58,520 nt of DNA, taken from the IMG/VR virus record IMGVR_UViG_3300036987_000072, positions 1 through 58,520 of that record, one strand, 5' to 3'. Origin of the DNA: a virus (lineage: Duplodnaviria; Caudoviricetes). The position numbers and the translations under genes were made by a program. Positions 34,429-43,401 of the stretch are shown here, piece by piece (within the stretch, counting starts at the first letter, position 1; each line of letters opens with the position of its first letter). Under the pieces are notes generated by a model that was not told the origin of the DNA, made no database searches, and worked only from the letters and a program-made list of their open reading frames with translations.

Positions 34429-35823
34429 ATGGCAGAAATCATCGCGCCGGAGCGGCAAGACCGCTCTGGGGGACCCGGCTTGTCTTACTGGCTGGGTTCG
34501 AAATTCCTTAATCAGCCGCTGGCCATGCAGCTCGCTGCTGCACAGAACCTGCAGGCAGCGATCGAGGGCAAGAGCTTCGACGCTCAGATCTCCGGCCCGT
34601 GGGCGTCGAAGTTCGTCGGCACCAAGGACCGCGGCTCGCAATACCGAGTCACCGAGGACGGCATCGCAGTGGTGCCGGTGCAGGGCGTGCTGGTCGACCG
34701 CGGCGAATGGCTGGGCGATCTCGGCGGCTGGGCGACCAGCTATGAAGGGCTGGCCGAGCAATTCTGCCGGATACGCAAAGACGATGCGATCAAGGCGGTC
34801 GTGCTCGACATCGACAGCGGTGGCGGAATGGTTGCGGGGCTGTTCGATCTGATCGACCAGCTCGGCGACCTGAAAGCGAAAAAGAAGGTCTACGCGGTCG
34901 CCGCGAACCTCGCGGCGTCGGCCGCCTACGCGATCGGGTGCGCCGCGCATGAGCTGTACGTGTCGCGCAGCGGTATCGCCGGCTCGATTGGCGTCATCGC
35001 CATGCACACGTCGTTCTCGCGCGCGCTCGATCAGCAAGGCGTCGACAAGACGATCATCTTCGCCGGCGACCACAAGGCCGACGGCAACCCCTACCAGGCA
35101 CTGACGCACGGCGCGCGGTCAGAAATGGCCGCCTCGATCGACCAAACTTATGCAGATTTTGTTCGCCACGTGGCCAAGCACCGCCCGATCGATGAGGCGG
35201 CGGTGCGCGGCACGCAGGCGCGTGTTTTTCACGGCCAGAAGGCCGTCGACGCCAAGCTCGTCGACGGCGTGAAAAGCTTCGATGAACTCATCGACCATAT
35301 CCGCAAGGGCTCGGGTGCGAGCGTGCGCGGGCAATCCAAACGAGGAGGACGGACAGTGTCCGACGGGAATGCCCCGGCCGCCGCGCGGCCGGACTATGAC
35401 GCAGTGATCGCCGCTGCGCTCACCACCATCGCTGCCGGCCAGAAGCCCGCGGCGGTATCACAGGCCGCCGAACAGACGGCCGCTCCGGCGCCGGCTGCCG
35501 CTGCGCCAGCTGTGGCGGCCGACGCCGTCAAGGCGCGCATCAAGGCGATCAAGGGCTGCGACGCAGCCAAGGATCGCCCGGCGCTCGCCGAGCACCTCGC
35601 GCTCGAGACCGAGATCCCCGCCGACCAGGCCGAGGCGATCCTCAAGGCCTCGGCGGTCGAGGGCGCGGCCTCCGGCCAGAAGCCCGACGCGCTGGCCGCC
35701 GCGATGGCCAACCGCAGCAACAGCGGCGGCGTCAAGCCTGACGTCACCGGCGCCGACGTAAAGCGCCCGTCGCTCGCCGATCGCGTCGCCGCGAAGTATC
35801 CGAACTCGAAAAAGGGAGCCTGA
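34429..35823 (+). CDS. S49 head maturation protease (lambda gpC-like) with C-terminal scaffold
   Basis: LDIDSGGG, AASAAYAIG, GSIGV, AGDHKADGNP. Confidence 0.9.
   Translation: MAEIIAPERQDRSGGPGLSYWLGSKFLNQPLAMQLAAAQNLQAAIEGKSFDAQISGPWASKFVGTKDRGSQYRVTEDGIAVVPVQGVLVDRGEWLGDLGGWATSYEGLAEQFCRIRKDDAIKAVVLDIDSGGGMVAGLFDLIDQLGDLKAKKKVYAVAANLAASAAYAIGCAAHELYVSRSGIAGSIGVIAMHTSFSRALDQQGVDKTIIFAGDHKADGNPYQALTHGARSEMAASIDQTYADFVRHVAKHRPIDEAAVRGTQARVFHGQKAVDAKLVDGVKSFDELIDHIRKGSGASVRGQSKRGGRTVSDGNAPAAARPDYDAVIAAALTTIAAGQKPAAVSQAAEQTAAPAPAAAAPAVAADAVKARIKAIKGCDAAKDRPALAEHLALETEIPADQAEAILKASAVEGAASGQKPDALAAAMANRSNSGGVKPDVTGADVKRPSLADRVAAKYPNSKKGA
35356..35823 (+). CDS. Nested in-frame scaffolding protein (Nu3-like)
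   Basis: Strong internal SD GAGGAGG (35342-35348) before an in-frame GTG at 35356. Confidence 0.65.
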   Translation: MSDGNAPAAARPDYDAVIAAALTTIAAGQKPAAVSQAAEQTAAPAPAAAAPAVAADAVKARIKAIKGCDAAKDRPALAEHLALETEIPADQAEAILKASAVEGAASGQKPDALAAAMANRSNSGGVKPDVTGADVKRPSLADRVAAKYPNSKKGA

Positions 35824-35829
35824 TAATCC

Positions 35830-36504
35830 ATGGCAGTCGTTTCCACCTATCCCAAGCTCTCGGGCGATTGGCTCCGGCATGAAAAGGATGCGCGCCTCAA
35901 CCGCAAGCAGGTCACGATCCTCTCGGGGACCGGCAACCTGGTGACGGGCGCAGTCCTCGGCAAGATCACGGTCGCCGGCGCCTCGTCGGCTGCTAAGGCC
36001 GGCGGCAACACCGGCGGCGGCACGCTGACGCCGGACGTCACCACGCCCGTGCTCAAGGATGCCAAGCCCGGCGTCTACGCCGTGCGCTGCATCGGCCTGG
36101 TCGCCAACGGCGGCTTGTTCTCCGTTACCGATCCGGACGGCGTGGTGATCGGCACCTACACCATCGGCGGCCCGGCGTTTGCCAAGCACATCAAGTTTGC
36201 GATGGCCGACGTCGGCACCGACTTTGCAGTCGGTGACGGCTTCGACGTCACGGTCGCCGCCGGCTCGGGCAAGGTCGCTTACTACGACCCGACCGCCGTC
36301 AATGGCTGCGCCACGCCGTTCGGCATCCTGCTCGACGGGCGCGACGCTTCCACCGCCGACGCTCCGGCTGTCGTCGTGACGGGCGAGGCTGAGATCGTCG
36401 CGCTCAATCTCACCTGGGGCGCTGCTGTCGACGACGGCGACAAGAAGGCCACCGGCCTGGCCTTGCTGGCCAAGCTCGGCTTCCAGGCGCGCCAGCTCGC
36501 CTAA
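35830..36504 (+). CDS. Head decoration protein (gpD-like) with inserted beta domain
   Basis: VTILSG..GAVLGKIT ... YDPTAVNG..GILL..; position before the capsid gene. Confidence 0.8.
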   Translation: MAVVSTYPKLSGDWLRHEKDARLNRKQVTILSGTGNLVTGAVLGKITVAGASSAAKAGGNTGGGTLTPDVTTPVLKDAKPGVYAVRCIGLVANGGLFSVTDPDGVVIGTYTIGGPAFAKHIKFAMADVGTDFAVGDGFDVTVAAGSGKVAYYDPTAVNGCATPFGILLDGRDASTADAPAVVVTGEAEIVALNLTWGAAVDDGDKKATGLALLAKLGFQARQLA

Positions 36505-36538
36505 ACCCCGACACATCTAGGACAAGGACGCAATACAC

Positions 36539-37585
36539 ATGCAGCTCGATTTCCTGCGCGACCCGCGCTACTCCGTCCGAAACGTGTCGGACGCGATCAT
36601 GAAGATCCCTAACGAGTATTCCCTGCTTTCGCAGATGGGGCTGTTTCCCGAGAAGGGCATCCGCACCACTTACGTCGAGGTCGAGACCAAGACGGGCTAC
36701 CTCAACCTGATCCCGACATCTGAGCGCGGCGCACCGGCACCGGAAAAGAAGCGCTCGAGCCGCGCGACCCGCGTCATGAAGACCTTCTTCATGCAGCAGA
36801 ACGACACGATCAAGCCGTCCGACCTGCAGAACCTTCCGCAGTTCGGCACGCTCGGCTCGGATCAGTTCATGGAAGCCTTCGACGACGTGCTCGCCGAGCG
36901 CTTCGCGGAGCTGCAGCGCGGCTACCGCCAGACGCACGAATATATGCGTTGGGGCGCACTGCGCGGCGACGTCTATGACGCCGACGGCGATCGCGTTCTC
37001 TACAACTGTTACACCGAAATGGGTGAAAGCCAGACGTCGATCGACTTCAAGTTCGGCACGACCAACGAGGACGGCATTCTCAAGGCTTCGAAGGAAGCCC
37101 GCCGCTTCATGGAGCAGAACCTGCTCGGCGAGTCGATGACCCGTCAGCTCTATCTGTGCTCGGCGGAGTTTTTCGACGACGTGACCACGCATCCGGCGCA
37201 CGCGAAATTCTACGAGAACAACCCCGTCGGCAAGCCGAACCCGTTCCTCGAAGATCTCGGCGTGAGCTACTTCCAGCACGGCACCGCGACCTACATCGAG
37301 CACAACGGCCAGGCGACCTATCTCAACGCTGACGGCACGTCGACCTCGCGGCGCTTCATCCCCGCCAACGAGTGCATCATCGTGCCGCTCGGCACGCAGC
37401 AGGTGTTCCGCTCGTACTTCTCGCCGGGCGAAATGCTGGACGCCGTGAACATGCCGGGGCAGTCCATGTATGTCTCGCTGAAGGAGCTGGACCACGGCGC
37501 CGGCGTCGAGATCCACACGGAATCGGCGCCTCTGTTCCTGGTGCAGAAGCCCCGCCTGGTGCTGCGCGGTTATTCGAGCAACTAA
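36539..37585 (+). CDS. Major capsid protein (lambda gpE family)
   Basis: GLFPEKGIRT, THEYMRWGALRG, HTESAPLFLVQKP; 348 aa. Confidence 0.88.
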   Translation: MQLDFLRDPRYSVRNVSDAIMKIPNEYSLLSQMGLFPEKGIRTTYVEVETKTGYLNLIPTSERGAPAPEKKRSSRATRVMKTFFMQQNDTIKPSDLQNLPQFGTLGSDQFMEAFDDVLAERFAELQRGYRQTHEYMRWGALRGDVYDADGDRVLYNCYTEMGESQTSIDFKFGTTNEDGILKASKEARRFMEQNLLGESMTRQLYLCSAEFFDDVTTHPAHAKFYENNPVGKPNPFLEDLGVSYFQHGTATYIEHNGQATYLNADGTSTSRRFIPANECIIVPLGTQQVFRSYFSPGEMLDAVNMPGQSMYVSLKELDHGAGVEIHTESAPLFLVQKPRLVLRGYSSN

Positions 37586-37611
37586 GCCAACAACACGACA
37601 CTCAATTCAGG

Positions 37612-37641
37612 GCCCGCCGGCCACAACGCCGGCGGGTTTTG
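37612..37641 (+). terminator. Intrinsic terminator after the capsid gene
   Basis: GCCCGCCGGC-CACAAC-GCCGGCGGGT TTT. Confidence 0.55.
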
Positions 37642-37680
37642 CGTCGAGTGCCGCAGCTTAAAACCCACGGGGGAGATACC

Positions 37681-38112
37681 ATGCGCGTGAAATTCCTGGT
37701 CGAGACGACCGTCCGACTCGATAGCATCAACTCGAAGATCTATCCGGAAGGCTGGGCCGGCGAAGTTCCTGACCAGCTCGGCGCCGACGTTATCCAGCAG
37801 GGCCTGGCCGTCTACGTCGAGCCGACGCTGACGCAGCTGCCGCCAGGCCAGCAGTTCACAGCCGAGCAGGCCGCCGTTCTCGCCGCAGCAGCCGACATCG
37901 CGCTGCAGCAGGCGAACCACGAACAGCAGGGAGAGGGCGCGGGCGACGCCGGCGACGGCAGCGGCACGGCTGACGCCGGCGACGAGCTGCAGCTCGAGGA
38001 CCTCACCAAGGCCGAACTGCTCGAGCTGGCAGAGAAAGCCGGCCTCGAGGGCGTCAAGAAGTTGAACAAGGCCGAGCTGCTCGAGGCGCTCACCAAGCCG
38101 GCGACTGAATAA
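37681..38112 (+). CDS. Head-associated protein with C-terminal Rho-N/HeH motif
   Basis: LEDLTKAELLELAEKAGLEGVKKLNKAELLEAL. Confidence 0.65.
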   Translation: MRVKFLVETTVRLDSINSKIYPEGWAGEVPDQLGADVIQQGLAVYVEPTLTQLPPGQQFTAEQAAVLAAAADIALQQANHEQQGEGAGDAGDGSGTADAGDELQLEDLTKAELLELAEKAGLEGVKKLNKAELLEALTKPATE

Positions 38113-38495
38113 TGCCGTCGCCTTTCTCGGCGGCGCTCGCCGCCATGGAGCCGCAGCTCGACGACCAAATGGGCGAACGCATCGTCATCACGCCAAAGAC
38201 GAATGGTGACTTTGCCGCGGCTGCCGACGGGACCCGGCCGGTCATCGACGTGACGGCCTTGGTCGACTTTGTCGATCCGTCCTCTGCCGATCTCGCCAAG
38301 CTCGACGCTCGGGTGCCTTACGAGGAGCTGGAGGCCGAGATCCGGCGCGAGCTGCTACCGGCAGGCGCCGTTATCCGTAAGGACGACGTCGTCGTGCTGC
38401 ATGAGCGGCCGAGCAAGGACTACAAGGTCGGCCGCGTCGATCACTCCGACCCGGCGCGGCTGCGGGTCATTCTCTGCAAGATCGGAACCGACTGA
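38112..38495 (+). CDS. Head-tail joining protein (FII-like)
   Basis: Size, position and beta-rich pattern. Confidence 0.55.
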   Translation: MPSPFSAALAAMEPQLDDQMGERIVITPKTNGDFAAAADGTRPVIDVTALVDFVDPSSADLAKLDARVPYEELEAEIRRELLPAGAVIRKDDVVVLHERPSKDYKVGRVDHSDPARLRVILCKIGTD

Positions 38496-39274
38496 TGTCG
38501 CTGGCGCGCCAGGCCTTACGGTTGTGCACTGTCCGCGCTCTGCGTGGCCACACGAGCGCCGGCGATCGAGTGCGCGATTCCGAGCAGGGCCCGGTCGAGG
38601 ACTACGTCAAGGACAAGACGCAGCCCCACGTGCTCGTCTACACCGACGACGGCGTTTTCGGCGCCAAGCCGCGCGACCTATTCGACGGCGGATCGCAGGA
38701 TCTCGTCATCGAGATCGTCATGACACAGCGCATGGTCGCTAAATTCGACAACGGCGAGGACGGCGAGACCATCGACATGCCGCAGACTGATGCGGCGATG
38801 GAATTCTCGATCGACGCCATCGCGCGCCAGGTCCGCGTTGCGCTGATGCGCCCCGCCGACCCGTGGGCGGAAATGTGGCGGCGGTTTGCGCTCAGCATCA
38901 CCCAGGGCACCGACAAGCGCGGGTCATCAATGCGCGAAGGTGTGCGCTTTGCTGGCCGGCAAATGCTGCTCACCGTCGAGCTGCCCCGCGACCCCGTGCC
39001 AGGCCAGCCTCTGGGCCCGTTGTGGGCCGATTTCCTGGCGCTCGTCGAGGGCACTGCCGACCTGGCGCCGATCGCGCCGGTGATGCGCGCTCTGATCGAG
39101 GGCGACGACGTCGATCTGCCCGACTGGCAGATCCTGCGCGCCGGCTACGGCATGACGCTCGCCGAGGCGCGGGCGCTGCAGGTGACGCCGCCGGCGGCCG
39201 CCGAAGCCTCGTCGCCGGACTTCGAGGGCGTGACGCCCGACACTCACCCAAGCCCGCCGGGGACGCTGCCGTGA
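38495..39274 (+). CDS. Tail completion/terminator-like protein
   Basis: Position; TSAGDRVRDS..VLVYTDD pattern. Confidence 0.55.
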   Translation: MSLARQALRLCTVRALRGHTSAGDRVRDSEQGPVEDYVKDKTQPHVLVYTDDGVFGAKPRDLFDGGSQDLVIEIVMTQRMVAKFDNGEDGETIDMPQTDAAMEFSIDAIARQVRVALMRPADPWAEMWRRFALSITQGTDKRGSSMREGVRFAGRQMLLTVELPRDPVPGQPLGPLWADFLALVEGTADLAPIAPVMRALIEGDDVDLPDWQILRAGYGMTLAEARALQVTPPAAAEASSPDFEGVTPDTHPSPPGTLP

Positions 39275-39777
39275 GGCTCAACAAGGTCATCATCGACCTA
39301 TATCACCGCCTCGAGGAACTGGAGCGCCGCATCGAGAACCGATCGCGCACGGGCACGATCGAGGAGGTCGACGCAGCCAAGGGCCTGGCGCGCGTGAAGC
39401 TGGGCGTCGACCCGGTCACGCAGCAGCCGTACCTCAGCCCGTGGATACCCTGGAAAGAGATCTCCATGGGCAAGATCAAGACGCACTTCCCGCCGACGAA
39501 AGGGGAGCAGGTGCAGGTCGTCTCGGAGTCCGGCGACATCACCGACGCGGTCATCGACTATTCGCTGCCGTCCAACCAGAACAAGCGGCCGCACGACAAA
39601 GAGGGCGAGGCCGTCATCCAGATCGGCGAAAAGTTCCGCCTCTTGATGAGCGAAAGCACGTTCCACCTCAAGGTGCCTAGCAAGCGCGTCGAGTCCGGTA
39701 AGATCGAGTTTCAGAACGAGAACAGCTCGATCGCAACGCCGCCGAGCGTGTCGGCGGCCGACATTCCGATGAGCTGA
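39271..39777 (+). CDS. Baseplate spike gpV-like
   Basis: RTGTIEEVD..ARV..SPWIPW..PPTKGEQVQVVSESGD. Confidence 0.85.
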   Translation: MRLNKVIIDLYHRLEELERRIENRSRTGTIEEVDAAKGLARVKLGVDPVTQQPYLSPWIPWKEISMGKIKTHFPPTKGEQVQVVSESGDITDAVIDYSLPSNQNKRPHDKEGEAVIQIGEKFRLLMSESTFHLKVPSKRVESGKIEFQNENSSIATPPSVSAADIPMS

Positions 39778-39781
39778 CCAC

Positions 39782-40174
39782 ATGCAGATGCCCGCGGAAA
39801 TGCTCACCGCCATGAAGGCGCAGCTGGTCGAGCCGGCGCGCGGGTGGCGCGTCATGTCAGCCATGCCTGACCAACACACTGAGACGGTCGTGGTTGACCT
39901 GGTGGCCACCGAGGTCATCAAGCGCACGGCCACCCTGACGCTGCAGAGCGATGTCATGGGTAAGGCCATCATCCTGATGCTCGCCGGCGAGGGCGCCGGC
40001 ACGACCTGGTCGGCCGGCAAGGCGATCTTCGGAGGCAATAGTTTCGACTTTACCGACGCCGAGCTTCTGACCTGGTGCAAGAACGCGATCGCCGCGCTCA
40101 GCCCGGTCGTCGTTGTGGCAGTGCTCGAGCAATGGTTCGGCGAGATCCCGCCAGCCGACGATGACGAGGCCTGA
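39782..40174 (+). CDS. Hypothetical protein
   Basis: ORF fills the gap between gpV and the PAAR gene. Confidence 0.5.
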   Translation: MQMPAEMLTAMKAQLVEPARGWRVMSAMPDQHTETVVVDLVATEVIKRTATLTLQSDVMGKAIILMLAGEGAGTTWSAGKAIFGGNSFDFTDAELLTWCKNAIAALSPVVVVAVLEQWFGEIPPADDDEA

Positions 40175-40446
40175 TGTTCGGCGTAGCGCGACGATCACTG
40201 GATACGGCCGCCGGCGCGCAGGTGGGCGCCAATCAAACGCTGGTGACCGTGCAGGGCCAGCTCTGGATGGTGCTCGGCGACGTCAACACGCCGCACGGCT
40301 TCTTTCCGCACGTGCCCGGCGGCGACAACATGGCGCAAGGATCGTCGTTCGTCAGCATCAACGGCATCCCCGTGTGCCGCCAGGGGCACCAGGCCGGCTG
40401 CGGACACCCCACGACGGGCGCCGACTGGTTCAAAATCTCCGACTAA
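40174..40446 (+). CDS. PAAR-like spike tip protein
   Basis: GDVNTPH..H..GSSFVSINGIPVCRQGHQAGCGH. Confidence 0.8.
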   Translation: MFGVARRSLDTAAGAQVGANQTLVTVQGQLWMVLGDVNTPHGFFPHVPGGDNMAQGSSFVSINGIPVCRQGHQAGCGHPTTGADWFKISD

Positions 40447-40460
40447 CAGAGGGCGAGAAC

Positions 40461-40667
40461 ATGAGCGAAAAGCAGCTTTACGAATTCACGCAGGAAGGCT
40501 TTTTTGCCGGCGACTTCTACAAGGTCGGCGCGAAGATCCGCCTCTATCCCAAGCAGGCGCAGCACGAGCTGCACCGCATGCAGCCAGTCGCTCCCGTCGA
40601 GTCGCCGGCGCCTGCCGCCGAGGCAACGCCGGCACCGCGCGCGCGCTCGAGCCGTTCGAAGGCGTAG
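40461..40667 (+). CDS. Small hypothetical protein
   Basis: Purine-rich SD; operon packing. Confidence 0.5.
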   Translation: MSEKQLYEFTQEGFFAGDFYKVGAKIRLYPKQAQHELHRMQPVAPVESPAPAAEATPAPRARSSRSKA

Positions 40668-40671
40668 GCCC

Positions 40672-41076
40672 GTGCCGGACTCGATCGGTATCAGCCGGCG
40701 CACCGGCAAGGTGCTCACCGACTGGGCGCATGTCGTGCAGTCGATCGAGGACATTCTGACGACGCGCGTGCTCACGCGCGTCATGCGCCGCGAGTACGGC
40801 TCAGAGACGCCGAAGCTGATCGACGCGCCGATGAATGACCTGTCGCTGCTGATGTTCTACGTGGCGGCGGCCGAGGCGCTCGATCGCTGGGAGCCGCGGT
40901 TCAATCTGCTCGAGATCTATTTCGTCGATGTCAGCGCCGCCGGCAACACGTCGCTGCGCCTTGTTGGCGAATATCTGCCGCGCGGCCACCTGGGCGACTA
41001 CACGCCCGCAGACGACACTACGCTCGTGCTCAACCTCGTTCAAATGAGCGAGGAAGGGTTCCGAGCCGTCGCTTGA
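40672..41076 (+). CDS. Baseplate wedge gpW/gp25-like
   Basis: HVVQSIEDILTT..RVMRREYGS..ALDRWEPR. Confidence 0.88.
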   Translation: MPDSIGISRRTGKVLTDWAHVVQSIEDILTTRVLTRVMRREYGSETPKLIDAPMNDLSLLMFYVAAAEALDRWEPRFNLLEIYFVDVSAAGNTSLRLVGEYLPRGHLGDYTPADDTTLVLNLVQMSEEGFRAVA

Positions 41077-41100
41077 CGACCTCTCGCAACCGGGTGCCCC

Positions 41101-41991
41101 ATGACACGCTTTGTCGCGATCGACCTCGCCGGCATGAATCCGCCGGACGTCGTCGAACGCCTCGACTATGAAGCGATCCTTGTCGCGCTCAAGGCTGACC
41201 TGGTGGCGCGCCTTGCGGCCGTCGGCATCGCCTACAACGTGCAGGATCTGGAAAGCGACCCGGCCGTCAAGGTGCTCGAGGTCGCCGACTATCGCGAGCT
41301 GATCACGCGCGGCCGTATCAACGACGCCGCGCGCGCCGTCATGTTGGCGTATGCGCACAAGTCGGACCTCGACCATCTGGGCGTCTATTACGGCGTTGCG
41401 CGGCGCGTTGTGACGCCGGCAGATGGCGACACGCCGGCCGTCTTCGAGCTGGATGAGTCGCTGCGCGCACGCATCCAGCTCGCGCCGGAGGCCTTTTCGT
41501 CGGCCGGCGCCGAGGGCGCCTATCAGTTCCACACGCTGACGGTCGACACGTCAGTCAAAGACGTCGCCGTGTTGACGCAGGAAGGCAGCGGCCACGTCCA
41601 CGTCATCCCGCTCACCAGCACCGGCAACGGCGTCCCGGCGAACACTCTGCTCGAGCGCATCCGCGGCCGGCTGCTCGAGCGCAAAATCAAGCCGCTGACT
41701 GACATCATCACCGTGCGCGCGCCTGCGGTTACCAACTACACGGTGCAGGCGACGCTCGAGATCGGCGCCGGGCCCGACCCGACGGTCGTGCGGGCAGCAG
41801 CTCAGGCGTCGGCGCTGCTCTACATCGCGGCACGGCACCGCGTCGGCTTTCCCGTGCGCCGCAACGGCGTCATCGCGGCGCTGGGCGTCGCCGGCGTCGA
41901 GAACATTACCCTCGCCTCGCCGGCGGCCGACATCGTGCCGGCCGAGGATGGCGTCGCGTTCGCTACTGCCGTCACCGTGCAGGCTGCCTAA
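41101..41991 (+). CDS. Baseplate protein J (P2 gpJ)
   Basis: LESDPAVKVLE..RINDAARA..DLDHL..FSSAGAEGAY..KPLTD. Confidence 0.9.
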   Translation: MTRFVAIDLAGMNPPDVVERLDYEAILVALKADLVARLAAVGIAYNVQDLESDPAVKVLEVADYRELITRGRINDAARAVMLAYAHKSDLDHLGVYYGVARRVVTPADGDTPAVFELDESLRARIQLAPEAFSSAGAEGAYQFHTLTVDTSVKDVAVLTQEGSGHVHVIPLTSTGNGVPANTLLERIRGRLLERKIKPLTDIITVRAPAVTNYTVQATLEIGAGPDPTVVRAAAQASALLYIAARHRVGFPVRRNGVIAALGVAGVENITLASPAADIVPAEDGVAFATAVTVQAA

Positions 41992-43389
41992 ATGGTCACG
42001 ACATACCCGCACCTGCTGCCCAAAACCTCGACGCCGTACGAAATGGCGTTGGCCGGGCCGACGGGCCGTCTGACCGACATACCTGTTCCCCTGCGCGATC
42101 TCTGGCGCTGGGATACCTGTCCGGAAGCGCACCTGCCCTGGCTTGCGTGGGCGATGTCGGTCGACCTCTGGAATGAGGCCTGGCCGGTCGAGAAAAAGCG
42201 CAACCTCATCCGGGAGAGCTTCGAGCTTCACCGGCACAAGGGCACGCTGCACACCATCAGCCGCTATCTCGATTACGCCGACGCGCCGCTGCGTCGCGCC
42301 ATCGTGCCACCCGATAAGGCGTTTCCTGGCCGGTCAATGACGACCGAGGAGCGCGCCGCCTGGCTGGCGCGCTTTCCGCAGATCCGGATCTTTCAATACC
42401 GCGACCGGGGCGAGGCGACGTTCGGCGCATTCAGCACCGGCGCATTCAAGCTCGAGAAGTCATTTCTCGGCGCCGGACCGTCGCATACGCCGCCGGCCGG
42501 CGGCACCGCCACCGCGGCCACGTTTTTTCCCTACAAGACAGACGCATGGGAGCGTTACGGCCGCCGCGCTTTCCTCTGGGATAAGGGGCAGCACTACCTG
42601 GCGACCGGCATCGAGACGCAGCTTCGCTGGATCGAGCGCACCCGCCAGGAGAACGTCGAGACAGTTTACGATGGGGAGCAGATCCTCATCCCCGGCAGCC
42701 AGGTGCAGTCGCTGTTCTGTGGCGACATGGCGAAGGGAAACCAGAATAAGCTCAACGGACGGCGCTTCTGCATCAACTCGACGGCACGCTCGCGCATCGT
42801 CACCACCTATCTGCGCCGCGAGCAGCGCACGCTCGAGGACGTGCTCATACCAAACACGACGCGTCCGTCGCTCGACACCATCCAGGCATTCCCGGAACAG
42901 GTGGCAGAGCGCGGCACGTCGCGGCGAGGCCAGAGCATTTTCTGCGGCATGCCGGGGCGCTGGCTCGACCTCGAGACCAAGCAACGCAAGGTCGTCAAGG
43001 GCTTCATGCAGGGCTTTCTGCCCGAGACCACCGCGCCGCTTCGACTCTACGATCGTCTGCACCTGCATGACGAGAACCGGCTGCCGGAGCAACGGCCGGT
43101 CTCGACTCACATGGGGCATTTCCGGCTGGGCATGCCCGCCTACCACGCCCAGCTGACCGTCGAGATCAAGGGCAAACGCTCGCGCTTCCAACTCGGCCAA
43201 TACATGACCGGACACCTCATGGCGTCCGAACAGGCGCCGCTAAGACTCGCCCGCACGGCTGTCGTCCGCGGCAAAGCCAAACGGGACAAAGTTCTGCTTA
43301 AGACGCAAATCCACCGGGTCATCAGAGCCTCTGACGGCGTGCGCGCAAGCGCGGGTCATCGGTCCGGCGGTCTGATCGCCGCTTACTAG
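41992..43389 (+). CDS. Tail protein I (P2 gpI) with long C-terminal extension
   Basis: CPEAHLPWLAWAMSVDLW..HRHKGT. Confidence 0.85.
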   Translation: MVTTYPHLLPKTSTPYEMALAGPTGRLTDIPVPLRDLWRWDTCPEAHLPWLAWAMSVDLWNEAWPVEKKRNLIRESFELHRHKGTLHTISRYLDYADAPLRRAIVPPDKAFPGRSMTTEERAAWLARFPQIRIFQYRDRGEATFGAFSTGAFKLEKSFLGAGPSHTPPAGGTATAATFFPYKTDAWERYGRRAFLWDKGQHYLATGIETQLRWIERTRQENVETVYDGEQILIPGSQVQSLFCGDMAKGNQNKLNGRRFCINSTARSRIVTTYLRREQRTLEDVLIPNTTRPSLDTIQAFPEQVAERGTSRRGQSIFCGMPGRWLDLETKQRKVVKGFMQGFLPETTAPLRLYDRLHLHDENRLPEQRPVSTHMGHFRLGMPAYHAQLTVEIKGKRSRFQLGQYMTGHLMASEQAPLRLARTAVVRGKAKRDKVLLKTQIHRVIRASDGVRASAGHRSGGLIAAY

Positions 43390-43401
43390 GAGAGACGATA
43401 A

